The position numbers and the translations under genes were made by a program. A DNA stretch of 64,000 bases, taken from assembly GCA_013239625.1 (NCBI GenBank), contig MU054001.1, positions 3,574,167 to 3,638,166 on the forward strand, given 5' to 3'. Source of the stretch: Lama guanicoe. Its lineage: Eukaryota. Every line of letters begins with the position of its first letter. Positions within the stretch are counted from its first letter, which is position 1. This document shows, in pieces, positions 48,155 through 59,500 of the stretch. The notes under the pieces were generated by a model. That model did not search any database. It saw only the letters and a program-made list of their open reading frames with translations, and was not told where the DNA came from.

Positions 48155-48392
48155 GTTGTGGCTCTGGGTTCTGACTGCCTGCCGTTCAATCTTGGCTCCA
48201 CCAATTATCAGCTGTGACTTTGGACCAGTTTGTCTAGCTGGCCTGGGTCTCCTTTCCTGCATATGTAAAACGGGAATAATAATAAAAATTCATCATCATC
48301 ATCATCATAATACGATTTGGGAGAAAATTAAATGGGTTAACACAGGTAAAGTTGAGCACATGGTAAGCTAAGGATTTGCTAAATGCTAGCTA
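48155..48392 (+). mobile_element. MIR SINE with (CAT)n insert
   Basis: 'gttcaatcttggctccacc...gctgtgactttgg...tgtaaaacgggaataataata'. Confidence 0.85.
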
Positions 48393-50212
48393 ACTTCAGC
48401 AACCAGCAGACAGGCGTGGCTGACTCAGGATGCCAGAATTCAGGTCTATATGTTATTTCTAGTTCACTGTGGCTAACTCACATGGGTCCAAACCCATCCT
48501 CCCGTCCCAGGCCTGTGCATAGCAGGTGAAGCCTGGTGCCAGCCTCCCAGGAGGTGGATTCGTACCTGTGGCTCCTGCCTCCCCCCACCCCCAGCTCCAT
48601 CTCACCCAGTGCTCTCAGGGGCCCACCTAGAAAGAGAGCACCCGACCTGCGTGAGTCTGCAGCTTTGCTCAGCGCCCCGGCTCCCGTCAGTCATCCCCGC
48701 AGGGGCCATCCTCGCCCCTCTAGGATAGTCTTTGTCTCCGGGCACATGAGCTTTTGTTGAGGAGAGTTGTACAAAGTTCTTTCCCTCAATTTTGTGGCAG
48801 GATGAGACAGCTAATCTGTTTTGACATGCTATCTAAACGGCCCTCAGATCAGTATACGGAAGAAGTCATCCATAAGTCATGTCTTTTGTACACACGTACT
48901 GGTGTGTACAAGAGAAAGAGTTATATCGGCAGCGAGGGGCTGAATAATAATGACTGTTATAATGGCCAATGCAGGGTCTCCACATTCACTTCACATATCA
49001 AATCCTCTTTCAATAAGGCCAGTTCCATCAGCTGTCAGATTCTATTAAATATATCCCTCAGACCTACTGACCAGCTGACAGCAGAGAAACTCAAAACCGT
49101 ACACCCACTATTAGCATCATAAAATGTGAAATCAGCTGGAAGGGATGATAACAGAACTAAAAACAGAAGAGATGAAAATCTGTAATGCCCTTGTGTGCTT
49201 CTAAATAGAAACCCCAAGAGTTACAAACACCCCCGCCCCCATAAAACACCGAGGTAAAAAAACCAAACTGAACCAAAAAACAAAGGTCATCCTCGTGTAT
49301 GCTTCATAACATAGAATGGTCCTTTTACCTTTTGTTAATGGGAGATTTGCATAAATGTCTCATGAGGTTAATACAATGCATAAACTGAAGGTTTACTAGG
49401 CAACGTCTGTGCTGTTTTCCCAGATAATGCCGTGTTTCTTCCAAGCCAACGAAATATAACCCATCAGAAGGTTGGGGTTGTGAAAATACTTGTGCAAGGG
49501 CTGTGATCATGTTTTACACTTTTTGCAAATGCGCTGAGCCTACCTATTTCATCAGGGAAAAAGCAGGCACTGGTGGGCGCCTTGGAAGAAATTTCCCTCG
49601 GAGACAGAGCCCTGGGCTTATTGAGAAATCAAGTCCTGGGGAGAGAAGAAAAGATCTCTGCATGTGGACGGGACCTGCTTCATCATTTTGGAATTGTTTG
49701 CTGAGATGTTCACTGAACACTCAAAAGGGAAAAAAGAAGGAAGATCAGCACTTAAAAATCTCTCTTAAGAAGCAGAGAGTGGGTCATGATACCCAATGGT
49801 TTTACGCAGCTACGATTCTCTCATGATATTGGTTCCATGTGAGGCTCTTTAAAGGGAAAAAAACAAACAAACAAACAAAAAGTTCTGAGACCAGTAATTT
49901 TTAATGAAATTTGGCTTAGCTCACAAGCAGGTCGAACAGATAAAACGGCAGCCCAAGCTGGAAACATGGCTTTTCTTCTTCCTGGCAGGGATGAAAGAAA
50001 GCATCTTTTCAATTACAGAAGACCTTAATGGAGATATGTTTTATATTATTAATTTTACACAAGAAGGGATTTAAGCCTCGTCTCCTTCGCCACATGTCTC
50101 TAAGCAAAACCTCTCTTCCTCTAACGGGTGTGTTAGGACATTTTGAAAGTGGGAGCCTTCCTGATTCTACCTTCTGAGCTGAATTTTGAGTGGAAAATTT
50201 TAATAGAATATT

Positions 50213-50591
50213 TGTGCTAATCAGTTCGGTCTGATTAACAAAATATCACAGATTTGGTGGCTTAAACAGCAGAAATTTATTTCTTATGGTTCTGGAGGCT
50301 GGAAAGTCCTTGACCAAGTTACCAGCTAATTCAGTTCCGCAGTGACGACTCCCGACTGGCAGATAGTCGCCTTCCCTCTGTATCCTTACACGGCAGGGAG
50401 AGAGGAAACAAGCTCTCCGGTGTCCAATTGCATGAGGGCACTCATTCCATCATGACGGCCCCACCCTCGTGACCTCATCTAAATAGAACTACTTCCCAAA
50501 GGCCCCGTCGCCAGTTACCATCACATTAGGAATTAGGCCTTCAACCTACGAATCTGAAGCAGGGAGGTGGGACACAATTCAAGACATAGCA
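50213..50591 (-). mobile_element. MLT1A-like MaLR LTR
   Basis: 'ggtggcttaaacagcagaaatttatttctta tggttctggaggctggaaagtcc...gacctcatctaa...gggacacaattcaagacatagca'. Confidence 0.9.
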
Positions 50592-50703
50592 GCGTTGTTG
50601 AAAGCTCTTGTCTCCCTAAAACTTTGGAAGGATTTTGGGTGCAGAGATCCTTCAGAAAATGAGGACAGTGCTCTCCCCCAGATGCATATAAACCACTTTA
50701 GTT

Positions 50704-50899
50704 TGAGGCTTTGGAACCTCACCTCTGTTGGCATTTGGACTGGATCATTTTCGTCCGAGGGAGCCGTCCTGTGCATTCTAGGATGGTTAGCTGCGTCCCC
50801 GGCCCCTGCCCACTAGATGCTATTAGCATCCCTCTCCCGTCTGTGATAACCGAAAATGTCCCCAGACATCACCAAACGCCCCCCTGTTGAGAAGCACTG
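50704..50899. mobile_element. MER20 hAT DNA transposon
   Basis: 'catttggactggatc...gtcctgtgcattctaggatggttagc...ccactagatgc...aaaatgtccccagacat...gttgagaagcactg'. Confidence 0.9.
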
Positions 50900-51328
50900 A
50901 GTTTAGTCTTTTGCGGTCCTTGGACATCAGCTTACTGCTGTACAGGGTGTCCTCTGTAGGATTATTTGCTTAAGGACAAAGGTGACGTTTTTGCTTAGAT
51001 ATTATCTTACTCAGCTCATTTCTAACCGTGTAGCTCTATCTGTGCTGGAAACTCCCATGCGTGGAAACAGGGAGGAAGAACGCTGGCTGTGAGCAGTGGC
51101 GAGTGCTACCCGTACATCCACAGAGCATAGAGGAACCACTGAAGGACCCTGTTGCCCAGCCTTCTGCCTTCAGATGGAACAATTCTCCCCAAGGAGACCC
51201 AGTCCTGCCATCACGAGGGCCCAGATGCCGAAGGAGGATCTTCCCAGTGACTCTCCCCTTCTACCTGCCTCTCACATCACTCTGCTCTGGGCTCTCCGGT
51301 GCTCTTACGGCTATTAAAATCATCTCGC

Positions 51329-51383
<55 letters not shown>

Positions 51384-51385
51384 TT
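51329..51385. repeat. (ATTT)n tetranucleotide repeat within an L2 fragment
   Basis: About 13 perfect ATTT units; L2 text on both sides ('tctccactagaatgcaaactccatg'). Confidence 0.95.
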
Positions 51386-51514
51386 CTTGTCTGTCTTTAC
51401 AGTCGACTGTCTCTCCACTAGAATGCAAACTCCATGCAGCCAAGACCTTGTTTGCCTTAAGTGACAGTGCAGTGCTTTCTTTAGCCAAACTTGGGGGTCT
51501 TGGTCTCATATTGC

Positions 51515-51745
51515 AGGGTTGAAATCCAGGCTCTGCCACTCAATAGCTTTGTGGGCCTTAGGGCAATCTTTAGCCTCACAAAGCCTCAGTTTCCTCCTCT
51601 GTATTTGTTTATAAATAAATAAAATGAAGACAGCTAGTTCTTTTCTGATGGGACTCATGAAATTGTCCCCTGACTGTGGGTGGGAATGACTCATGAAATA
51701 ATGTTTGTGGCATAATATGGGCACAACAGACATGAGCTATTGCTG
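51515..51745 (+). mobile_element. MIR SINE
   Basis: 'gttgaaatccaggctctgccactcaatagctttgtgggccttagggcaa...gcctcagtttcctcctctgta'. Confidence 0.85.
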
Positions 51746-52977
51746 TTCACCACTTTAATTATTCCCGGCAGATTAGTCCCCGGCACAGGAAGAAACACGA
51801 TAAATATCAGTAGATTGAATGAGTGAATGAATGAATGAATGAATGCTCTCGTGTCTGTCTCTGATTTTCATTCCTCCTGTTGTAGTCGATAATTTGCTGT
51901 CTACCCAATCCCCTTTACTATTTTCACCATAGCTGGGAAGCAGAGGTCTAATCCAATGTTTGTTTCTAAGCGAAGAATCATAGCAGTCGTATAGAGATAA
52001 AAGGTCCAGACTTGGGAGCAATATGCCCCCATTAATTTTTCATGGTAACATACCAGATTCTCTGCAAGGACCCCATCATTCTCTGAAACTCAACTTTGGG
52101 GCTGGCCCAGACGCTCTTTCCTTCCTTGTGGATTTGCGGGCTCTCTCAATGCCTCATACCCAGCACATGTTGGGAGAGGGACCGGGGCAAGTGGAGCACC
52201 TGGCGTGGGAGGAGGTGCAGCTCAGGACTGAAGAGGCAAGGCTGCCGGGCACACAGCATCCGCTCAGCCTCCTCCCGCGTCCAAGTGGTAAATCACCATT
52301 TGTAAGAAATGTGCTCAATCAGAGAAGAAAAAGAGATGTAATTATGTCGTTTATAATGAATTCTGAAGGAAACAAAGAATTTAAGGAGAAAAGCCCTGGA
52401 GAGGACCAGAGAGCTGAAGCCTTTCGCATTGCCTGAGCTGCCCTGGAGAAGACGCATAGCTGATCAAACATTCGTGTTGCTCACAGGGGGCCCTCCCAGC
52501 CCCCGAGAATGCTCCTAAGGAAGCAGGGAAACTCAAGAGCCCCCACAAACACAGTCTGACTTTTATTAAATAAATTACACGCTTCTCTCAGCTTCCACCA
52601 GTGTCAATAATATCAACTTTTGGACAAACGGTTCTCTCCGGGGAACGGGTTCTGAGACTCACTCCTAATCTTCTTCCTTTGAAGTATCCAAGGGCTTAAA
52701 GGCATGTGTCAATATCTGGGGCCTCTGGCCTTTGTGGGAGGGGGTGTGAAAGGGTCCCGCTGTGGAGGGCAGTGAGACCACCAGCGTCCACATCCTCCCT
52801 CTCGGGCTGACTGTTTTCGTTGCGCCGGTTTCCAGGGCACTCCTGATCCCCACCTGCCCGCTCTGGGGTAAGCATCCCCAGAGGGTCCTGACGTCTCGTA
52901 AGGAAATGATCTCCATTCTCTTCCAGCTCTAATACTCCTGGTTCTTTGCTTTCAAGAATGAAAAAGGCAGGAACCCT

Positions 52978-53221
52978 GGTGGTGGGGGAGGGACAAATTA
53001 GGCATTTGGGATTAACAGGTACACACTGCTATCTATAAAACCGATAAACAACAAGGACCTACTGTATAGCACAGGGAACAATATTCAATATCTTATAATA
53101 ACCTACAATGGAAAAGAATCTGAAAAAGAATATATACATATGTATAGCTGAATCACTTTGCTGTTCACCTGAAACTGACACAATGCTGTAAATCAACTAT
53201 AGTTCAGTTAAAAAAAAAAAA
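52978..53221 (+). mobile_element. Younger artiodactyl/camelid-type L1 3' end with poly-A
   Basis: 'ataaacaacaaggacctactgtatagcacagggaacaatattcaatatctt...tgaatcactttgctgt...gtaaatcaactata' plus A tail; TSD-like aaaaaggcaggaaccct / aaaaaagcaggagacct. Confidence 0.92.
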
Positions 53222-54117
53222 GCAGGAGACCTAGGATAGTGAGCGTCTGCCTTGGACTGAAATTCCTAAAAAATTCCTAACAGATCAGTTAATGGCGTTT
53301 GTTATGCCATATGCTATGGAACCCCTTTAACCAATGCCTTTAAAAATTAATATGAGCAAGAATGTATTCATACCTTTCTCAATGCTCTCCACCAGCCTTT
53401 CCTAACGTGGGGATGGAACAGACAGCCGCACACAGACCACGGACAGAGCACTCCACAGTCTGCATCGTGTGTGTTCCTCACTCCAGCCCCCTGAGATGCG
53501 TATTATTATTCTCAGTTTATTGGATCCAGACCCCATGTTTTTAACCTATGAGCTATTAAGTTTTTGTGGTCAGGTGAGTTTGTAAAACTCAGAGTTAACC
53601 AAGATTAATGGGCTTTGTTACTACAGGAATTCTCAGCCGTTTAATATACTCCTATCCATTAGAAATCTCCAAGAGGGAGATAAGGACATCTAGACTTTCC
53701 AAATGCGTTTTACCGGAGAATATTTTCTTTCCCCTGGTGCACTTCCAAGGGCTTTTGTTCTACAGGAACAGGAAGGTTACACGTCTAAGGAGACACAAGA
53801 TCGTCACTTTATGGATTAGGCACGAGATCACAAAGCTGATTGGTGAATAATGTTTTTGAGGTCAGTCATTACATTCCTACAAACCACTTCCAAAATTATA
53901 AATATCAGAATTGAAAACTTGACATGGAGCCGGGCTCATGGCATGCCGGGTAAGAACAGCCCTAGGGACACTTTGGCAGAACTTGTCACTGCGTATGAAA
54001 GCTCCCACCCCCGCCCTGCTTTCATTTCATTCTCTAAACAGTTTCCTAATCTACAGGATCTCCTGCCATATTTGGAAGAGATTTTACCAGCAGAACATCC
54101 ATACTTCTACCCTAGAG

Positions 54118-54342
54118 CAGGCATCAGCAAATTACAGCCTGTGAGCTAAATCTAGCCCGCCACTTGCTTTTTGTAAATAAAGTTTTATTGGAACACAGCC
54201 ATGCTCTTTCACTTGCATATCGTCTTTTGCAGCTTTCATGCCAAACAGCGGAGCTGAGTACTTGTAGCAGGCACTCTGTGGCCTGCAAAGCCTAAAATAG
54301 TTACTATTTGACCCTTTAAAGAAAAAAATTTGCTGAACCTTG
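54118..54342. mobile_element. MER58A hAT DNA transposon, near full length
   Basis: 'caggcatcagcaaa...ttgtaaataaagttttattggaacacagcc...tttgctgaaccttg'; 8-bp TSD ccctagag (54110-54117) / ccccagag (54343-54350). Confidence 0.92.
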
Positions 54343-56809
54343 CCCCAGAGCTACATATTTACAATGGTTATAGAGTCCGGCTGCAAAGCAAAATTTCTTC
54401 AGTAGAGGCCCTGTCCATCTAATCATTGCACGACTCCCCCTGAATGATCACTAACTGCTTACTTATGGCTCATCCCCATTAGACAGAAGATTTAATAGAA
54501 GGAGAGACAGTGCCTTCTCCATGGTGTCCCCAGAGCCTGGCTCAGTGCTGGTGACCAGTGGGTGCTCAATAAATAAAACTGATTGTTTTTTAACCTCCTG
54601 CTCTCAGAACCTGGACCATCAGGAATGCTAAAGCTTGGAGATTGGAAGGAGGAAGGCCAAGAGGAGGCCAGGGGGGTGGCCTGAGAGCCAGCAGGAGGGA
54701 AACAGAAGGCAAGATCAAGACCAAGATGGCAGGGAAGTGAACACCCATCTGAGCCAAGAATCCTCGTATCTGCCACTTGAATTCAGGCACATGCAGCTGC
54801 CCCCGTGGCTTCCCAAGCTCCAGAAAAGACTTAAACCCCAATAAATGTTTTATTCATATCCCAGCACACCTGACTCACTGGTACGGCACAGAGACTCTGA
54901 CTGAGCAGGAGAGGAGAGCCTGTTGAGAAGGCCACGGCTTTGCGTGCCCCTTGAAAGTTGTTCTTCCAAAGCAAACACGTGTGAATGTGGAAAGGCAGGT
55001 TCATAAAACAGAAATCAGAGGGAAAGCAGTGGATCTAATAAGGCCCCAATCCCTTTCCAGAAGCATCTGGGCCTGACACACCAGTCGGGTTTGACCTCCT
55101 ACCCAGACAACCTCTGGCCTCCAAGCTGAGGGGCCCAGGGAGCCTGCGGTGGCCCCTCTGCTGGAAATGTCACCTTGGCTGGCACGTAGCTGAGTGAGTG
55201 TTTCTTCATCAGCAGGAGCAGCACTGGGCTGAACAGAGCCTCCCCCCTCATATTCCGGGCCGTACTGACAGCAGACAGTGGATACGCTTCTAAGCAGTCC
55301 CTTGATGGCCTTCTCTCTGAGTTTTAAACAAAATTGCTGCTTCTCTCTGTATCTAATTTCCCCCCTCTTTTTCCTCCCCTAAAAGTGACATCCCACTTCC
55401 CCAGCTGAGAGCACGGACCGCTTACCTCTTCTGTACAGAATACAGTTGTGTGTTTCCTGCACCCTTGCTTCCGAGAGCCCAGAGCAGAGAGGGGATCTGA
55501 TCTCTAACTCCAGGGGCAGAATGAGCCAGGCGGACGTCTTCCTGAGCTTCCCAGGCACAGAGCCCTCACACGCCAACATTTGTCACACGCAGATGAACGT
55601 GCTATTCCCAACATGATAAATGTCACATCAGTCCTGCTGACTTGGGCTTACTAATTGCCCGATAGCATTTTCTTTGTTAAGCTTCACTGTGATCATCACA
55701 GTTTTTTGTTGCACTGACAGTAGAAATATTCTGCTGCTGATGACCCAAATGCAGCCCTTAGTCTTTCATGATTTGGGTATGAGCAGGTGGCACTGTGAGG
55801 ACCCCCCAGCATCCCCGTCCTTGGAGCTAACTCTGTGGAGGTCTCCCCGGGGCTGCCATGAGGCACAACTCCAGAGAGATGCCGTTCACGCTGTGCTCTT
55901 CGGCCCACTGTGCCCTGCAAGCAAGTATGTATGCTGTATGCAGTGACTCTGGGCAACTCCATTCTGAATTTGGACATTTTCATGGCAAGAAGCAAGGGAC
56001 CCAGCAAACTTACTTATCGAAAGTTGTGACAACAGGGGTGGGGACCAGGAGAAGAGTGCCTACATTCATAATACATTCTAGGTTGTGCTTTCTATATGCT
56101 GCATTGTCTGCCTTCCTGGCTCTGCCTTTTGATGGCGGCATCTTCAGTGCCAAGTCCAGCTGTCAAATGATACCCACGGAAAGGAGGCCAGCCTGGCCAC
56201 CACCAGCTACCTGGAATGCAACCTGGGTTTGATGTGGGTAAGAGGAGACCCTGAAAAAGATGGGGATGCCTTCCCTCATGGGGTAGGGACAGAATGAACC
56301 ACCGGGAGGTCTCCTCACCCCAATTTGCACACTCCCCCCTAGTAAGAGATGGAGTACTCTTATCAGCTGAAGAATTCAGCCAGCCAGTCAGGGTCACATA
56401 CCACACGGTGGCTGGGCCTGACTCGGCTGTCTAGCCAAGAACAGGCTAGTCTTTGTTCCCATGTGACTGGGGGTGCTGCTTGGGGATGGAGGATCCAGGG
56501 TGGATGCAATTATGGGATTTTTTTTTTAAAAGGTATAGAAATCGTATCTCCCATCTTGGACCTTGGGAAAATAAATTGAAGAAGGGAGCTTGATGTTAAG
56601 GGGGCAAGTGGAATCATTTTCATTGTTGGCAACTCCTCTTCCCCAAAGTGACCCTGTGTGCTCACATGCCTTCCTATTTTTGCAGGAGCCACCAATGTTG
56701 TCGAAACACTGCGTTTAACTTTTTAAACTTCATTCACCTAACCCTAATGTCTTATCCTCCGAAGACTCAGAATTCTAAAGTTTGGAATTCAAAAAATCCT
56801 TATAGGTCA

Positions 56810-57102
56810 CCCATCCATCCATCCATCTACCCACACACTGATCCATCCATCCACCTACCCGTTCATCCACCCACCCACCCACCAGAACACTCATCCACTC
56901 GCCCACCCACTTACACACCCACATACCCACTCATTTACCCACTCACCTACCCATCCATCCATCTATCCATCCATCTGCCCACTACCGAAACATCCACCAT
57001 TTACTCATTCATCCATCCACCCACCCACCAGCACACTCATCCACTCACCCACCCACTTACACACCCACACACCCACCCATCCGTTTATCCATCCATCCAT
57101 CC
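56810..57102. repeat. (CCAT)n/(CCAC)n degenerate simple repeat (expanded L2 tail)
   Basis: Nearly G-free C/A/T tract directly abutting an L2 3' end ('gcatttattgagcacttgccatgtgcc'). Confidence 0.9.
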
Positions 57103-57500
57103 ACTGAAGAAGCATTTATTGAGCACTTGCCATGTGCCACTCAGTAGTGAGCAGGGAGAGAAGGTGCCTGCTCTCGAGGAACTGACATGCTATTGGGGGA
57201 GATGGATAGTACACAAGTAAGCAAATAAATAAACAAAATCATGAGACGCCTGTGATAAGTTCCTAGAAAGAGAAAACCAAGGAGATGTCAGAGAATAAAT
57301 GCAGGGGCTTGGAATGATAGAGAAAGGCCGCTCCAAGTAGGTACCACTTACAATGAAAACAAATTGACAAGGAGGAGCCAGGCCGACTGCAACATGGAAG
57401 AGGAGCGCTCTAGGCGGAGAACAGCCAGCGTTCAGTGGGGGCTCTGAAATGGGTGCAAGCAGGAGGGACACACGGGGGACCAGCATGGCCGGAGCAGAGT
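57103..57500 (-). mobile_element. L2 3' fragment
   Basis: 'catttattgagcact...cctgctctcgaggaactgacatgcta...'. Confidence 0.8.
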
Positions 57501-58262
57501 GAACTTTGCCAGAAAAACCCCCAACTCATTCCAATGAAATACGGCACCAAGTCTAATATAAAATAAACCGAAGCCGAGGGATTCCTATAAAGCCAGTTTA
57601 AAACCACTGATAAGATTCAACTGCTGGCAGAGAAGCTCGGCTCTCCCCGTCATAGTTAACATTTCTTGGAATGCTTTGCGGAAGCTACATCACTGCCTCC
57701 AAATTTGGCAGAGTTCACGGTCACCTCTGGAGCGCACGCATCGGGAGCGGGTGGGTGCCGAGGCAGACAGGGCTTTCCTCGGGGAGGCATCTTCCTGAGC
57801 AAAAAGCCTGCATTTGAGCCGAAGGCGTGACGCTCGGGCGGCCAAATCACGCTGTGGTTTCCCCCTCCCGGCGGCGGCAGGCTTATCCCAGCTGCTTCTT
57901 GCTGAGCCGCGTAAAGGACATATTTCAGACCAGGAGACTTTGAAGTATGTGTTCTCTTAAGGCTTAACAATGTCAAGCTTCATAACCCAAGCACTGGCTT
58001 GCTAGCTTCCTACTTTAAATTGCTCATAATTTGAAACATGCAAACATTTCCACTTTATCAAGCAGGGCTACTAAACATATTATTGCTGGAACCTGCATGT
58101 TTTATGGTCTCCATACAGCCAGGGAGCTGAGTTTTATTAAAATAGACTGTTAAGAGGCTCAACTCATTATAGAATCTTCCAGGCCCCAGAATGAAAGAGT
58201 TTTGTTTATTCTAAGTGCCCGGGAAAAAAAAAATAAAAGCGCTGGGAAGAGGGTGGGGATGA

Positions 58263-58266
<4 letters not shown>

Positions 58267-58296
<30 letters not shown>
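58267..58296. repeat. (TG)n microsatellite
   Basis: About 15 TG units. Confidence 0.97.
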
Positions 58297-58298
<2 letters not shown>

Positions 58299-58694
58299 TT
58301 GGCAGGGTGGAGGTGGGAAAAAAGCAAAGACCACCAACAGTCTGGCCCCCCCCGCCCCACCCGCCCCACCTCTGTGTCAGCCGCCAGTGCCAGGCCCAGC
58401 GTTTGTTTGTGGGCTATGAATCTTTCCTTACAGCAGAGTTAAGTCTGGCTTCAAGACAACTGGAATTTAGCAAAGGGTGAGTCCACACTTGGAAAAAAAG
58501 TAAGGCTCAGGGCCTCCAAGGAGGGCTGGCACACCAAGAATTTTAAAAAATCAGATTTGACAAACATACACTGTGTACAAAGGTTTTTAAACAGGTGATG
58601 ACAGTGAGGACACAGGTCTGGCTGTATCTGTCTGTTTAGGGGACTCCCCGGCTTGGGCGGGATTTAATGATATTAAGAATAAAACCAGGTGATA

Positions 58695-58839
58695 CAGTCA
58701 TCCCTTGGTATCTGCAGGGGATTGGATCCAGGACCCCTCCCCCCAACCTGCAGGTACCAAAATCTGTGGATGCTCAAAGTCCCTTGCTGTCAACCCTCCA
58801 CATCCATAGATGGGGACCCACGGATATGCAGGCTGACTG
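58695..58839. mobile_element. Tigger/MER2-group MITE
   Basis: TIRs 'cagtcatcccttggtatctgc' and 'cacggatatgcaggctgactg', flanked by TA (58693-58694 / 58840-58841); internal 'ccaaaatctgtggatgctcaaagtccctt'. Confidence 0.88.
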
Positions 58840-58859
58840 TACAGTCGTTCCTGTCTGTT

Positions 58860-59210
58860 CGGGTAGACTTCTTTGCTTGCCAGGGCAGAGTCAGTGAGAT
58901 CCTCGTGGCGTGATGCTCCCAGCCTGCTTTGCTAGCCCCCACGTTGGCCTTGTAGAACGGAGAGGCCCCGAGACTGCACAGGATGGGAGAGAGGGACCGG
59001 CTGTCCTCGCATCCCAGCTGAGTCTGCACAAAACCTCTAGTCCCAGGTGCCATCTGACGGCAATTGCATGAGAGGCCCCAAGTGAGACCAGCAGAAGAAC
59101 TGCCCAGCTGAACCCAGTCAATTCACAGAAATGTGAAAGACAGTCAGTAATTGTTGCTGTTTCAAGTCACTAAAGTTTGTGTCAGATTGTGATCTAGCAA
59201 CAAATGGCCA
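58860..59210 (+). mobile_element. Old MLT1 (H/I/J-like) LTR fragment
   Basis: 'gagaccagcagaagaactgcccagctgaacccagtc...gttgctgtttcaagtcactaaagttt'. Confidence 0.8.
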
Positions 59211-59309
59211 AAACCCCACACTTTATCCCCTTCCCCCTCTCGGGGGTTTTTAGGGAAGGAAGCAGTTCCCCAGAGGCTGAAAACCATGTCCACCATCACC
59301 CTGATCATC

Positions 59310-59500
59310 ATGACAGTGATAATGCTAATGACAGCTGTCGCTTATGGAAGGTTCCAGGCACCACTCTTGAGTGTGTTAGTGTTTTTATGTGTAGCCTGAG
59401 GTACATTCAATTCTTGTCCCCACTTTGCAGATGAGGAAACTGAGGCTTGGGCTCTGATTCTGGGGTCCATGCATTTGAATCCCACGCTGCACGGACACCA
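59310..59500 (-). mobile_element. MIR SINE
   Basis: 'gtccccactttgcagatgaggaaactgaggctt'. Confidence 0.85.

Noticed and set aside
51061..51522. 153-aa ORF with hydrophobic (IYLF)n stretch resembling a transmembrane segment
   Set aside because: The stretch is the (ATTT)n microsatellite within an L2 fragment.
56648..57220. Longest ORF (190 aa, Pro/His/Thr-rich)
   Set aside because: It is the translation of the (CCAT/CCAC)n tract and an L2 tail; such repeats lack stop codons by composition.
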